Assembly (NCBI GenBank): GCA_964482255.1
Contig: CAYZWV010000001.1
Location: forward strand, 3,229-67,228
Source: an uncultured Methanocellaceae archaeon
Lineage (GTDB): Archaea; Halobacteriota; UBA148
Reading direction: 5' to 3'
DNA: 64,000 nucleotides
A model generated the notes under the pieces. The model saw only the letters and a program-made list of their open reading frames with translations. It did not search any database and was not told the origin of the DNA. A program made the position numbers and the translations under genes. Positions 50,198-60,599 of this stretch are shown piece by piece (within the stretch, counting starts at the first letter, position 1; each line of letters opens with the position of its first letter).

Positions 50198-50947
50198 TCA
50201 CAATCTGGCGATCGTGATAAATCCAGTGTGACCAATTACGCGTGTGCTCGGACGCGTTAAGCCTCTTGCGAAGCTGATCTCTCGTTCCATGCATTCAAGG
50301 GTCCTCACATCTAAGAATTCTTTTCCCATCGCATTTCTTATATCCTTACTTTGTTCAAAGAAAGGAGAGTACGTAACCAAGAAGCCACTTGGCTTCAAAA
50401 TATTTTTTGCATAGGGTATGACTTGAGAAGCATCCATCATGTCCAGTGTAATGATATCAAATTTTTCCTTTAGCTTTGGAATCTCCGATAAGATATCCCC
50501 ATGCCTCACTTCGACGTTTTTCAGTCCAGCATCTCTGATGTTTTTTTTGGCAATCTTTACAAACTCTGCGTTTTTTTCATAGGTAATAACTTTGCTTGCG
50601 ATGCTGCCGAGATATATGGCTAGGACCCCAGATCCAGTTCCTGCATCGAGCACCTCGTCCTCTTTGCTAATACCAGTGTAAGCGATGATTATTCCGATGT
50701 CTTTTGGCATCATTGGGGCCCCTACGCGCTTGCAATGTCGAAAAAAATCTGGTGTCCTAGGCATTCGTATCACGAAATCATGACCTAGGTGCGTATTGAC
50801 GATATCCCCATATCTCTTTTCACGTAAATCTTTTAGCTGAATGATGCCAAGGTCGGTATGTAATTCTCCATCTGAAACTTCCACGAAAAATTCCCGCTTT
50901 TTACCTTTGAGTAAGACTATACTACCATCTTTTAACACAGCCATCAC
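50198..50947 (-). CDS. trmI: tRNA (adenine57/58-N1)-methyltransferase TrmI
   Basis: GCD14/TrmI family SAM-binding motif VLDAGTGSGVLAIYL, 249 aa. Confidence 0.78.
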   Translation of the reverse strand: MMAVLKDGSIVLLKGKKREFFVEVSDGELHTDLGIIQLKDLREKRYGDIVNTHLGHDFVIRMPRTPDFFRHCKRVGAPMMPKDIGIIIAYTGISKEDEVLDAGTGSGVLAIYLGSIASKVITYEKNAEFVKIAKKNIRDAGLKNVEVRHGDILSEIPKLKEKFDIITLDMMDASQVIPYAKNILKPSGFLVTYSPFFEQSKDIRNAMGKEFLDVRTLECMEREISFARGLTRPSTRVIGHTGFITIARL

Positions 50948-51285
50948 TTTTTCAAATTAATTATCGCTTCTGCCAGATCTCCTTTGACCTCTTTTAATGC
51001 CACTCTAGCCTCGCTTTCACTAACGCCAGTTTGATCGATCACAAGTTGAATGTCAGAATCTGGTATTTCCTCGCGATGACACTCTTCTGGCGTCCCAGAG
51101 ATTTGATAGGTTTTTGCCCCCCTAGCATCCATGATCGTGACATCTGCATCATGGAAAACAATTTCACGATCTGCTGTTCTAATGATGACCTCTTCAACAT
51201 CTTCAATTTCCTTAATGTCAATCCCCATTTGCTTCATCATTTGTTTCAATTTTTTTGGGTTCATCCCCCTCATTCCTGGAAACAT
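50944..51285 (-). CDS. nac: Nascent polypeptide-associated complex protein (NAC alpha homologue)
   Basis: NAC domain (EIEDVEEVIIRTADREIVFHDADVTIMD) plus a C-terminal UBA-like segment (SESEARVALKEVKGDLAEAI). Confidence 0.8.
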   Translation of the reverse strand: MFPGMRGMNPKKLKQMMKQMGIDIKEIEDVEEVIIRTADREIVFHDADVTIMDARGAKTYQISGTPEECHREEIPDSDIQLVIDQTGVSESEARVALKEVKGDLAEAIINLKK

Positions 51286-51348
51286 GGTATCACCTTTTCT
51301 TTTTATGTTAAATATGTATGGCATGTATAAACATAAACCTTATAGGGT

Positions 51349-52818
51349 TTGCAGATGGGAGATTGTAATGTAATAATAATGTCTATGATCGAAGCCATCA
51401 CTTCAAAGCAGATGAGAGCAATAGAACTTAATGCGGCATATCTTGGTGTATCAAGTCTGGAACTAATGGAAAATGCCGGTAGAGCAATCGCATCTGAGGT
51501 TAGAGAACGATTCACCGCAGCTAATATCACAATATTCGCTGGAAGGGGCAACAACGGGGGTGACGCACTTGTTGCTGCCCGATATCTTGAAGGATTTAAT
51601 GTAAATGTGGTCTTGCTTGGTCATGCTAGAGACATCAAGACAAAGGAGACAAAAACCAATTGGGACAAACTAAAAAACACTGGAATACTCCTAAGGGAGG
51701 TACACAGCCCAGAAGATCTTGATACTGCTTTTATAGCAAGTTCCGACATTATCATTGATGCAATATTTGGCACAGGTGTTTATGGAAAAATTAGAGAATT
51801 GGAGTCAACCACGATCGATTTAATCAATGCTTCCAGAGCATTTGTGGTTTCAGTGGATGTGCCAAGCGGGATGCATCCTGATACGGGCATGGGTGAGAAA
51901 ATGGTTAATCCGGACGTAATCCTTACCTTTCATAAAATGAAGGGGGGGTTAGTGAAAGCTCCAAATGTTAAGGTTGTAGATATAGGCATTCCAAAAGATG
52001 CGGAATTTATCGTCGGACCTGGAGATCTCCGAATACTTGCACCAAGAGATGCGAAAAGTCATAAAGGAGACAATGGACGCATATTGGTCATCGGGGGTGG
52101 GGTATATAGTGGTGCTCCTGCTTTAACAGCATTAGCAGCGCTTAGAGCAGGTGCAGATATTGTAACAGTTGCAACACCTCTTAGTGTCGCAGATATCATC
52201 GCATCCTTCTCACCAAACTTGATCATCTCACCTCTGACATCTGACATCCTCGTACATGATGATGTGCCGATCATAAAAGAACTTATACCAAAGCATGATG
52301 TTGTTGTTATTGGGATGGGTTTGGGCAAGAGCGAATTGACAGATAAGGCAATCAGAGCGATAGTTCCTTTATGTAAAAAGATAGTGGTCGATGCAGATGC
52401 ATTGGGTTCTTTGGAGTTTCCGTTGGAGGGCGGCATTATAACCCCTCATACATTAGAGTTCAAATTATTGTGCGGAACAAATTATCTAAAGGACAAGAAA
52501 AATAGGTACGATCTGGTCAAGAGATTTGCTGAGAAAAAAAATGTCGTAGTACTGCTAAAAGGGAAAACAGACATAATATCAGATGGAATCTCTATAAAAA
52601 TGAATAGAACTGGTAATGCAGGTATGACGGTCGGAGGAACGGGCGACGTGCTTGCAGGCATCGTAGGTGCAATATATACTAAAAATAATGCATTTGAAGC
52701 AGCTGTCGCAGGAGCTTTCATAAGCGGCAGGGCTGGAGATCTTGCATTCGAGAAGTATGGATTTGGGCTATTGGCGACGGACGTAATAGACAATATTCCA
52801 AAGGCTATGGAGGATTAA
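51349..52818 (+). CDS. nnr: Bifunctional NAD(P)H-hydrate epimerase/dehydratase Nnr (YjeF N- and C-domains)
   Basis: GNNGGDALVAARYL (YjeF-N) and ILVIGGG...GTGDVLAG (carbohydrate-kinase-like YjeF-C). True start possibly at the Met about 34 nt downstream. Confidence 0.85.
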   Translation: MQMGDCNVIIMSMIEAITSKQMRAIELNAAYLGVSSLELMENAGRAIASEVRERFTAANITIFAGRGNNGGDALVAARYLEGFNVNVVLLGHARDIKTKETKTNWDKLKNTGILLREVHSPEDLDTAFIASSDIIIDAIFGTGVYGKIRELESTTIDLINASRAFVVSVDVPSGMHPDTGMGEKMVNPDVILTFHKMKGGLVKAPNVKVVDIGIPKDAEFIVGPGDLRILAPRDAKSHKGDNGRILVIGGGVYSGAPALTALAALRAGADIVTVATPLSVADIIASFSPNLIISPLTSDILVHDDVPIIKELIPKHDVVVIGMGLGKSELTDKAIRAIVPLCKKIVVDADALGSLEFPLEGGIITPHTLEFKLLCGTNYLKDKKNRYDLVKRFAEKKNVVVLLKGKTDIISDGISIKMNRTGNAGMTVGGTGDVLAGIVGAIYTKNNAFEAAVAGAFISGRAGDLAFEKYGFGLLATDVIDNIPKAMED

Positions 52819-52819
52819 T

Positions 52820-53287
52820 ATGGAATTTACACATATCGAGGGTGAAAAGGTAAAGATGGTAGATATAAGCGATAAAAAAGCAGTTGCCAGATATGCGATC
52901 GGAACTGGCAAGATCCAACTTCGTGACTCTACAATAAAAGCCATAAAAGACGGCTTCGTGGAAAAGGGGAACGTGCTAGCCACTGCCAGAATTGCAACCA
53001 TACAAGCGGTCAAAAGAACGCCAGAGATTATTCCGATGTGTCATCAAATCCCCATCACAACCGTAGATGTCGACTTTGAGATCGAGAATCCATATGTCAA
53101 GGCTACCGTAGGAGTGAAATCTGTAGGAAAGACTGGTGTGGAAATGGAAGCACTCCACGGAGTCAGCGTCGCACTTCTCACGATCTGGGATATGGTAAAG
53201 TCTGCAGAAAAGGATGAGACTGGAAATTATCCGTTTACCATTATCGAGGACATTTATGTAGTCAAAAAGGAAAAGAATGAAGTATAG
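52820..53287 (+). CDS. moaC: Cyclic pyranopterin monophosphate synthase accessory protein MoaC
   Basis: MoaC signature (VDISDK...EIIPMCHQIP). Confidence 0.9.
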   Translation: MEFTHIEGEKVKMVDISDKKAVARYAIGTGKIQLRDSTIKAIKDGFVEKGNVLATARIATIQAVKRTPEIIPMCHQIPITTVDVDFEIENPYVKATVGVKSVGKTGVEMEALHGVSVALLTIWDMVKSAEKDETGNYPFTIIEDIYVVKKEKNEV

Positions 53288-53969
53288 AGTCGTGCTCGTT
53301 GAACCTAAATATGAAGGCAACGTTGGTTCCGTAGCAAGAGTGATGAAAAACTTTGGCTTCACGGATTTGATATTAATTAATCCACCTAAATTAGGCGACT
53401 TTTCCTTGGCCATGGCGGCCCATGCTGCAGACATCTTTGATAAATGCAAAATCGTTCGCTCATTTGAAGAAGCCGTAAACAATTCAGATCTAATAATAGG
53501 CGCGACTGGAATTGGTGGGAAATCAAACGATGAGCATGTTAGGATGCCGTTTTATAATCCAGCAGAATTAAAAGAGAAGTTTTGTGAGATTGTGGGAGTA
53601 ATATCTCTGGTTTTTGGTAGGGAAGATGTTGGATTGAGCAACGAGGAGTTAAAGAAATGCGATATTATAGTTAAAATCCCCACAAGTGACGAATACCCAG
53701 TGATGAACTTATCTCATGCAGCTGCTGTGATACTTTACGAACTGGGTGATGTTCCAGGAGGAAAAATCCAATTAGCCAAGCATGGTGATCTAGAGAGGTT
53801 GTATGTGCATTGGGGTTCTATCTTGGAGCGAGTGGGATATCCTGGGCATAAGCGTGCTAAGACACTATTGATGCTACGTAGGATATTTGGAAGGTCGATA
53901 CTAACGGGAAGAGAGGTCCAAACGCTTAGAGGCATATTGCGGAAAATTGAGTGGCGGATCGGTAAATGA
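53277..53969 (+). CDS. SpoU/TrmH-family RNA 2'-O-methyltransferase (TrmJ-like)
   Basis: SPOUT motifs (VVLVEPKYEGNVGSVARVMKNFG; LVFGREDVGLSNEEL; MNLSHAAAVILYEL). Confidence 0.72.
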   Translation: MKYRVVLVEPKYEGNVGSVARVMKNFGFTDLILINPPKLGDFSLAMAAHAADIFDKCKIVRSFEEAVNNSDLIIGATGIGGKSNDEHVRMPFYNPAELKEKFCEIVGVISLVFGREDVGLSNEELKKCDIIVKIPTSDEYPVMNLSHAAAVILYELGDVPGGKIQLAKHGDLERLYVHWGSILERVGYPGHKRAKTLLMLRRIFGRSILTGREVQTLRGILRKIEWRIGK

Positions 53970-55195
53970 AAGCATATATTGAGACATATGGATGCACAGC
54001 CAATAAAAGTGATTCCCAGCGTATTAAGACGATCCTACTTCAAAATGACTACGAGATAGCAGATAAAGTTGATAATTCAGACATAGTACTCGTAAATACG
54101 TGTACAGTTATAGATAGGACAGAGCGCAGAATGATTAAGCGCCTTAGGGAGCTTAAAAAAGAAAAAGTCATCGTTGCAGGTTGTTTGCCAGCAGCTCAGC
54201 CCGATCTCGTTGCAAATCTCGCTTGGAAAATGATTACTCCAAGGTCCCTACCTTCATTGGCGATTATTTTGGGTGGCCAAGCTTTGGCAAAACACGAAAT
54301 TCGGGTACCCTTAGAGGGTGTGACAGGCGCTGTTTCTATCTCAGATGGATGTGTCGGACAATGTTCCTATTGCATCGTGAAACAGGCAAGAGGAGATCTA
54401 GAGAGTTATCCTCCAGGGGCGATCATCGACTCAGTAAAAAGATTAGTTGAAGAAGGGGCGAAGGAAATACTGATCACCTCACAAGATACCGCTGCATACG
54501 GACTGGATAGCGGCGTTAGTTTACCAGATTTATTGAATTCTATCACAGAAATCGATGGCGATTTTTGCATCAGAGTGGGAATGATGAATCCTCATACTAC
54601 GATAAAAATCCTCAATGACCTTGTGGACTCATTTGATGACCCTAAGGTGTTCAAGTTCTTACATCTGCCTGTGCAATCCGGCTCAGATCGTATATTGAAA
54701 AGCATGAACAGGGGTCACTCCATCTCTGATTATGTTCAGATAGTGGATGCCTTTCGTGAGCGATTTCCAAATCTTACACTTTCCACTGACTTCATCGTGG
54801 GCTATCCAAGCGAAACTGCAGAGGACTTTGAGAGAACGATTTTATTGCTGGAAAAGACCAAACCCCTCAAAGTAAACATTACCAGGTTCTCTCCTAGGCC
54901 AAATACTCCTGCAGCAAATATGCCTGACATCCTTGAGAGAGTAAAGAAGGAGAGATCGAGAGCACTCACCAAAGCATATCACGAGATCGCATCTGAACTT
55001 CACAGATCGCTTGTTGGTTTGCTTACAGAAGTAATTGTGACTGAAAAAGGAAAAAAGGGCTCGGTTATAGCGCGAGACCCCTCATATAGGAACATAGTTA
55101 TCCAAAAGAACTTGAAGCTTGGAGAAAGGCATCCTGTTAGAATAGTGGATGCCAGAACAAACTATCTAGTCGGGGAATTAGTTAGATATACTTAG
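53966..55195 (+). CDS. Radical-SAM tRNA methylthiotransferase (MtaB/e-MtaB, MiaB-like)
   Basis: N-terminal MTTase Cys triad (YGCTANKSD...NTC...GC). Radical SAM CVGQCSYC. C-terminal TRAM-like domain. Confidence 0.85.
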   Translation: MKAYIETYGCTANKSDSQRIKTILLQNDYEIADKVDNSDIVLVNTCTVIDRTERRMIKRLRELKKEKVIVAGCLPAAQPDLVANLAWKMITPRSLPSLAIILGGQALAKHEIRVPLEGVTGAVSISDGCVGQCSYCIVKQARGDLESYPPGAIIDSVKRLVEEGAKEILITSQDTAAYGLDSGVSLPDLLNSITEIDGDFCIRVGMMNPHTTIKILNDLVDSFDDPKVFKFLHLPVQSGSDRILKSMNRGHSISDYVQIVDAFRERFPNLTLSTDFIVGYPSETAEDFERTILLLEKTKPLKVNITRFSPRPNTPAANMPDILERVKKERSRALTKAYHEIASELHRSLVGLLTEVIVTEKGKKGSVIARDPSYRNIVIQKNLKLGERHPVRIVDARTNYLVGELVRYT

Positions 55196-55198
55196 CAT

Positions 55199-55504
55199 TT
55201 ATACGTAACCAATCTTTTTATTCTCTCTCGGCTTTTTCTTTGTGATCTTTCTTTTCAGTGCCTTTCTTTGTTGCTTGCTAAATCTAACGAAACTGAAATC
55301 AGTTCTCAGCAGTCGAATGAATGTCTTATCTGGTAGAATATCTAGGGCTAAAATCCCTCTTTTTTGTAGGCTTTTTATTCTTCTATCAAGTATTTTGTTA
55401 GATACGCCCAGATCTGTTTGCAGTTCAGATAACGTTATTGGATAACGGAAAATGAGTGTTCTCAAGATCAATTCATCCAAGCTATCGCATTTAATCTCGA
55501 TCAT
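55199..55504 (-). CDS. Small winged-helix DNA-binding protein with basic C-terminal tail
   Basis: LDELILRTLIFRYPITLSELQTDLGVSNKILDRRIKSLQKRGIL looks like an HTH. Lys/Arg-rich tail. Confidence 0.4.
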   Translation of the reverse strand: MIEIKCDSLDELILRTLIFRYPITLSELQTDLGVSNKILDRRIKSLQKRGILALDILPDKTFIRLLRTDFSFVRFSKQQRKALKRKITKKKPRENKKIGYV

Positions 55505-55834
55505 CTTAATTGCACATCGAATTTCTTTACCTTACACTTATCTTTTGTATTTTAAGTAATTATCACATATTGCGTTCAAAAACAAATTATGAAAATGTGA
55601 GAAGATAAGCCTTTCAAGGACAATAGACTACACAGCACTCTTGGTTCAGTCTCTCTATTTCAGTAAGTATTATATTGATCCAAGAGTGTTATCAGAAGGT
55701 TGAAGAGTGTACCATGAGTTTTTTAGGAAGCAGAATAACTTTTAATTAGACATTAATTTTAATAATTTGAGTATAACTTTAATAATTTGAGTACATATAC
55801 ATATATACTATACTACATATGTACTATACTGGCC

Positions 55835-56900
55835 AATGGAGCTTATTTGGAATGAAAAAAACATGAAATGGAATATTTTTTTGATTTTGATTTTAGCATT
55901 GAGCATGCTAACCGTAACGTTTTCAGGATGTGTATCTCCTCCTGAGCCAACATCTACACCCATCATGCCTACACGAACACCACCTGCATTACCCACAAAA
56001 GCACCCACTCCAATACCAACACCACCTCCAGTTCCTGCACCAACGCCAACGCCAGAGGCTAAAGTCACCGGAGCCGTAACTTATCGGGAGAGAATAGCGC
56101 TTCCCGCAGGCGCCATCGTTGAAGTCAAACTCCTTGACATCTCCAAGCAAGATGCTCCTGCTGTGATAATTGGAGAACAGGTTATCGCAACCACCGGACA
56201 GCAAGTCCCCTTCTCGTTTGAAATCAAATACGATTCAACCACCATTGACCCCCGTTACACCTACGCCGTTCGGGCAACCATTACAGTTGATGGGAAGCTC
56301 TGGTTCACCAGTGATACAACATACCCTGTTATTACCAGGGGCAATCCGTCTACGGTTGAGATGGTTTTAAAGAATGTAAGGGCATCGCCACCTTCAACCC
56401 CAACACCCACACCCACACCTACATCCCCTCAAAAATCTTGGCATAACGTTACCACCATCTCAGGACGAGGGAGCCTAAGTACAGAACCATTTATGATTAA
56501 CGAGGATGAATGGCGAATTCGTTGGAGTTTTACCATGGATCCAACATGCCCTCCATATGCACGTTTCTTTTTTACCATATATCCGGAAGGTGAGTACATC
56601 GAAGCAGGAAGATACGTGCGTCATATAGAAAATATGACGATAGTACCCCACCCTCTTGGTGGTAACAGTACGATATACAGCGGTACTACCTACATCCACC
56701 AAGGTCATGATAGCTTCTACGTGAAGATGGAATCATCTATGCAATCATGGGAGCTCGAAATAGAAGAATATCGTTGATTTCAATCCCATAGGCAAAACAC
56801 AAAGTGCCATCATTATCTGATGCAATGCTGCTGACTGCAATACATAAAAAACATATCTTCATACCCTTTACATATAAAAAAGTTGGAAAAAACCATGAAT
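55835..56900. repeat. Direct repeat copy B (~1066 bp), identical to 44450-45514 except for one extra A in a homopolymer
   Basis: See copy A. Its upstream flank additionally carries local tandem duplications (ttaataatttgagta.. and atatactatact..). Confidence 0.85.
55863..56777 (+). CDS. Lipoprotein with YbaY-like domain (copy 2; protein identical to copy 1)
   Basis: Identical 304-aa product. In this copy an A7 tract lets an upstream ATG (55836) extend the ORF by MELIWNEKN. Confidence 0.68.
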   Translation: MKWNIFLILILALSMLTVTFSGCVSPPEPTSTPIMPTRTPPALPTKAPTPIPTPPPVPAPTPTPEAKVTGAVTYRERIALPAGAIVEVKLLDISKQDAPAVIIGEQVIATTGQQVPFSFEIKYDSTTIDPRYTYAVRATITVDGKLWFTSDTTYPVITRGNPSTVEMVLKNVRASPPSTPTPTPTPTSPQKSWHNVTTISGRGSLSTEPFMINEDEWRIRWSFTMDPTCPPYARFFFTIYPEGEYIEAGRYVRHIENMTIVPHPLGGNSTIYSGTTYIHQGHDSFYVKMESSMQSWELEIEEYR

Positions 56901-57021
56901 TTGTTGTGTATTTTTTGCTTTCAGAACTACCAATGCTATAACAATGAAATCATAAGTACCAGCTTAGCCACACATGAATGAATTCAGAGGCATCTACGGG
57001 GTGCATGGAGATATCTGTTGT

Positions 57022-57963
57022 TTACTTCATATCTATTGCCTTGGATAAAGCATCCTTCGATATATAACAATCATTGATTATAAAGTTAACACGATTCATT
57101 TCTTTTATAACTCCAACTTTGACACCTTTTCCCTGTCCAACAGTTTCTTTTGAAAGAATGATGAATTCTTTACTTAAGTCATTTGAAAACTCTTTTTTTA
57201 TAACAGGGGTTAATTCGCAGAGTATAGATAAAGTGTTGATAACAAAGTACGGAACAAACTCTAATATTTTAGAGGCGGTATCCATTACAGGGATGGATTT
57301 ACGAAACTCTAAATCAAATATTAAGACTTTTTCTTCTCCTATTCTTGATATTGTCATACAACATTCTTGCATTGTCAATAAACTGCCATGATGGGCTACA
57401 TAGCTTCTGGTCGGATATTCCCCCATTAGAACTTCACTTTCAAAAAGCCACTTGCTATCTTTTAGCAGTCCAATTATTTTTTCATTGGACTCACTCATTC
57501 TGGAATTTTCAAGCGCGTTTTTAAGCCTCGAAAAGAAATTTGTTTGATGACCTGGTAATCTCTTGGTGATTAAAATTGTAAGGGCATCCAAACATGCCCT
57601 TGCCTGTAATATAAGTGCTTCGAACTCAAAAACAAGCTCCTTCCCCAAATAACCAATAGCTAATAATCGGACATCCACATTTTTCCATTGCTCTTTTAGT
57701 CCAGTTAGAAAATTTTCTTTGATGTTTTTTATGTTACGAAGATGATATAACACCTCCTGTAATTTATATAAACAACTTTCTATCAAAATAAATTCTCTTC
57801 GTGATTCGGCGCTTATGTTAGTATCCTTTAATGCATTTTCGATAATCTTTCCAATTTCATCAATTTTAAAAACAGGTGCCTCACTTAACATTCCATAACC
57901 AAAACGGCTGTCTGCTATTGCCGTCCAGTTATAATTTTTTCCTTGTTCATTCAATGTAGCCAT
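57022..57963 (-). CDS. Hypothetical 313-aa soluble protein (orphan, AT-rich context)
   Basis: Long ORF with no TM and no recognisable motifs, predicted mostly helical. Flanked by about 120 and 190 bp of AT-rich non-coding DNA. Confidence 0.45.
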   Translation of the reverse strand: MATLNEQGKNYNWTAIADSRFGYGMLSEAPVFKIDEIGKIIENALKDTNISAESRREFILIESCLYKLQEVLYHLRNIKNIKENFLTGLKEQWKNVDVRLLAIGYLGKELVFEFEALILQARACLDALTILITKRLPGHQTNFFSRLKNALENSRMSESNEKIIGLLKDSKWLFESEVLMGEYPTRSYVAHHGSLLTMQECCMTISRIGEEKVLIFDLEFRKSIPVMDTASKILEFVPYFVINTLSILCELTPVIKKEFSNDLSKEFIILSKETVGQGKGVKVGVIKEMNRVNFIINDCYISKDALSKAIDMK

Positions 57964-58157
57964 TTAATAAACATCCTTTATCATGAATTATTTTTATTAT
58001 TTTTCAACATTTGCAAAATAACTTTATTATCTTATTAGAATAAAGTCAGTTAAATATTGTGTATTGCTCTGAACTCCTCTTTTACATTCCACCAAAAATA
58101 TTCGAATTCACCTCAATATTTAAAGCTGATTGTGAATAATGTGGTGTAGGTGAAAAG

Positions 58158-60008
58158 ATGCAATTATTGCTCATCCATTCCGATTACATCGAATACTATG
58201 TTAAGAAAGACACTCCTGTGGCAGAGAAGATCGAGGAGGAACGCAGAAAAGGGCGTATGGAGGAGGTTCTAGCAGCATTCATCGCTGTAGAAAGTGTGGA
58301 TGAGACTGATCCAAGAGATGTGGCAAACCAAGCCGCAGAAGAAATCAAGAAAGTGGCTGAGCAGGTAAAAGTCAATCGTGTGATGATGTACCCCTATGCG
58401 CATCTAAGTTCTGATTTATCATCACCAAAAGTGGCAGTTGAAGTTCTTGAGAGAACAGAAGAAAAGTTAAAAACCTACTTAGAAGTCATGAGGGCTCCAT
58501 TCGGGTGGTATAAATCATTTAAGATAAGTTGCAAAGGACATCCATTATCTGAGCTCTCTAGAACCATCCACCCCACCATCGAAAAGGAAACAAAGGCTTT
58601 GAAAGCAGAGAAAGCAAAATCATATTGGTATATCCTAACACCTGATGGCGAACTTTTCACTCCAGACAAATTTGATTTCTCTGAACATAAAAAGTTGGAA
58701 AAATTTGTCAATTACGAGATATCAAAGACCAGAGCAGTGGAGAAAGTCCCCCCTCATGTAGAATTGATGCGCCGTTTTGAGTTAGCTGACTATGAGCCCG
58801 CTTCTGATTCGGGCAACATGCGTTTTTATCCAAAAGGGCGCCTCATGAAAAAATTATTAGAAGCTTACGTAAGTGCAAAATCGCTGGACTATGGTGCCAT
58901 GGAAGTAGAGACACCGATCATGTATGACGTGGAACATCCAACCCTTAGAAAGTATTTGGATCGTTTTCCAGCGCGCCAATATTCTTTGGACTCTGATAAA
59001 AGGCAATTATTCTTAAGGTTTTCAGCCTGTTTCGGTCAGTTTTTGATGAATAGTGATATGACAATTTCGTATAAAAATTTGCCACTGAAGATGTTTGAGA
59101 TGACAAAATATAGCTTCAGGAGGGAACAAAGGGGAGAATTGGTTGGTCTACGTCGACTTCGCGCCTTCACCATGCCAGATCTACACACCATATGCATGAA
59201 CATGGATCAGGCCATGGATGAGTTCAAAAAACAGTACCAAATGAGTATGGACGTGCTAGATGAAATAGGATTGAATATCAATGACTATGAGGTCGGTATT
59301 AGATTCACAAGTGACTTCTATGATGCGAATAAGGAATTCGTCCTCAGTTTAGTCAAGATAATAAATAAACCTGTATTGATCGAGATGTGGGATCAGCGCT
59401 TTTTCTATTTTGTACTCAAGTTTGAGTTTAATTTTGTGGATGCATTAGATAAGGCAGGAGCATTATCCACGGTCCAAATAGATGTGGAGAATGCAGAGCG
59501 ATATGGTATTTCTTATATAGGCACAGACAATTTAGGGCATAAACCTATCATCCTTCATTGCTCCCCGAGCGGTGCCATAGAACGATGTATCTATGCTTTA
59601 TTAGAGAAAGCACACATGGATGCCCAATGCGGAAAAATGCCAATGTTGCCCCTATGGCTATCGCCGACACAGGTCAGAATCGTCCCTATAGCTGACAGAC
59701 ATCTGAAAAGGGCAGAAGACGTTGCGAAAATCATGGAGAAAGAGCATATTCGTGTCGATGTGGATGATAGGGATGAGACATTGGGCAAGAAAATCAGGGA
59801 TGCGGGAAAAGAGTGGATTCCATATGTTGTGGTCATAGGTGATGAGGAGATTAAAAAGGGAACCGTGAGTGTAACTGCTAGGGCGGATTTTAAAAAAGAA
59901 CTAAAACCATCTGAGCTGATTGCGCTGGTAGAAAAACAGACAAGTGGAAAACCAAAGGAGCCACTTCCATTGCCAATGAGACTGTCTACCAGACCGAGGT
60001 TTATATAA
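58158..60008 (+). CDS. thrS: Threonyl-tRNA synthetase, archaeal type with N-terminal D-aminoacyl-tRNA-deacylase-like editing domain
   Basis: 616 aa. Class II core motifs plus anticodon-binding domain. N-terminal archaeal editing domain ([13 protein letters not shown]...). Confidence 0.9.
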   Translation: MQLLLIHSDYIEYYVKKDTPVAEKIEEERRKGRMEEVLAAFIAVESVDETDPRDVANQAAEEIKKVAEQVKVNRVMMYPYAHLSSDLSSPKVAVEVLERTEEKLKTYLEVMRAPFGWYKSFKISCKGHPLSELSRTIHPTIEKETKALKAEKAKSYWYILTPDGELFTPDKFDFSEHKKLEKFVNYEISKTRAVEKVPPHVELMRRFELADYEPASDSGNMRFYPKGRLMKKLLEAYVSAKSLDYGAMEVETPIMYDVEHPTLRKYLDRFPARQYSLDSDKRQLFLRFSACFGQFLMNSDMTISYKNLPLKMFEMTKYSFRREQRGELVGLRRLRAFTMPDLHTICMNMDQAMDEFKKQYQMSMDVLDEIGLNINDYEVGIRFTSDFYDANKEFVLSLVKIINKPVLIEMWDQRFFYFVLKFEFNFVDALDKAGALSTVQIDVENAERYGISYIGTDNLGHKPIILHCSPSGAIERCIYALLEKAHMDAQCGKMPMLPLWLSPTQVRIVPIADRHLKRAEDVAKIMEKEHIRVDVDDRDETLGKKIRDAGKEWIPYVVVIGDEEIKKGTVSVTARADFKKELKPSELIALVEKQTSGKPKEPLPLPMRLSTRPRFI

Positions 60009-60285
60009 TTTACCTAAGTCATATTTTTTTTACATCACAGAAACAGATGAAAGATTGTATAAATTCCAATCAAAAAATAAGTGCAATCCGCATTGTAAAA
60101 CTTTGACAAAGTGTATGACATTGGTTCTTAAGTCCATGCAAAATCACATCGATGAGATATATCTTTTGGAAATTAAATAAATTGCACTTCTTCTCAATAA
60201 ACCTCTATTTTTTCTTTCATCTACAGATTTTATCTAATCGATATATGGTCGCATTCTATAGGAGGTCATCTCTATGCTTGATTTA

Positions 60286-60395
60286 TGGGGCCGGTAGGAT
60301 TTGAACCCACGATCGGCGGGTATCCCCTTTTGTCAACCTTTCTAAGTGAAGGTTGGTCTGGAGCCCGCTGCTCTACCGGACTAAGCCACAGCCCC
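60286..60395 (-). tRNA. tRNA-Trp (CCA) with 36-nt intron
   Basis: Reverse complement: acceptor GGGGCTG/CGGCCCC, anticodon stem GCGGG/CCCGC, loop CUCCAG^A with intron after position 37, T-arm GTGGG-TTCAAAT-CCTAC, discriminator A, no CCA. Confidence 0.8.
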
Positions 60396-60472
60396 ATCGA
60401 ATATTGAATTCAATTCATATCTATCTTTAATCTTTTTCTTGGAATTTCGAAAGGAGCGGATATCCTTTCAGA

Positions 60473-60573
60473 TAGTCCCGGACGGGTTCGAACCGTCGTC
60501 GCAGGCTTTCTTCGACTTTTTAATTGCCACTTGCTCCAAAGGCCTGCAGGATTGACCACTACCCTACGGGACT
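60473..60573 (-). tRNA. tRNA with 28-nt intron; anticodon most likely TTG (Gln)
   Basis: Reverse complement: acceptor AGTCCCG/CGGGACT, D-arm GGGT-AGTGGTCA-ATCC, anticodon stem (G)CAGGC/GCCTG(C), loop CTTTGG^A, T-arm GACGG-TTCGAAC-CCGTC. Confidence 0.65.
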
Positions 60574-60599
60574 GTCAGCAAACTTTAAAAAAGTTTGCA

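Noticed and set aside
44450-56900. Possibility that the two identical repeats are IS elements or a CRISPR-like array
   Set aside because: No transposase, terminal inverted repeats or target-site duplications were seen. The repeats are 1 kb protein-coding units, not short spacer-interleaved repeats.
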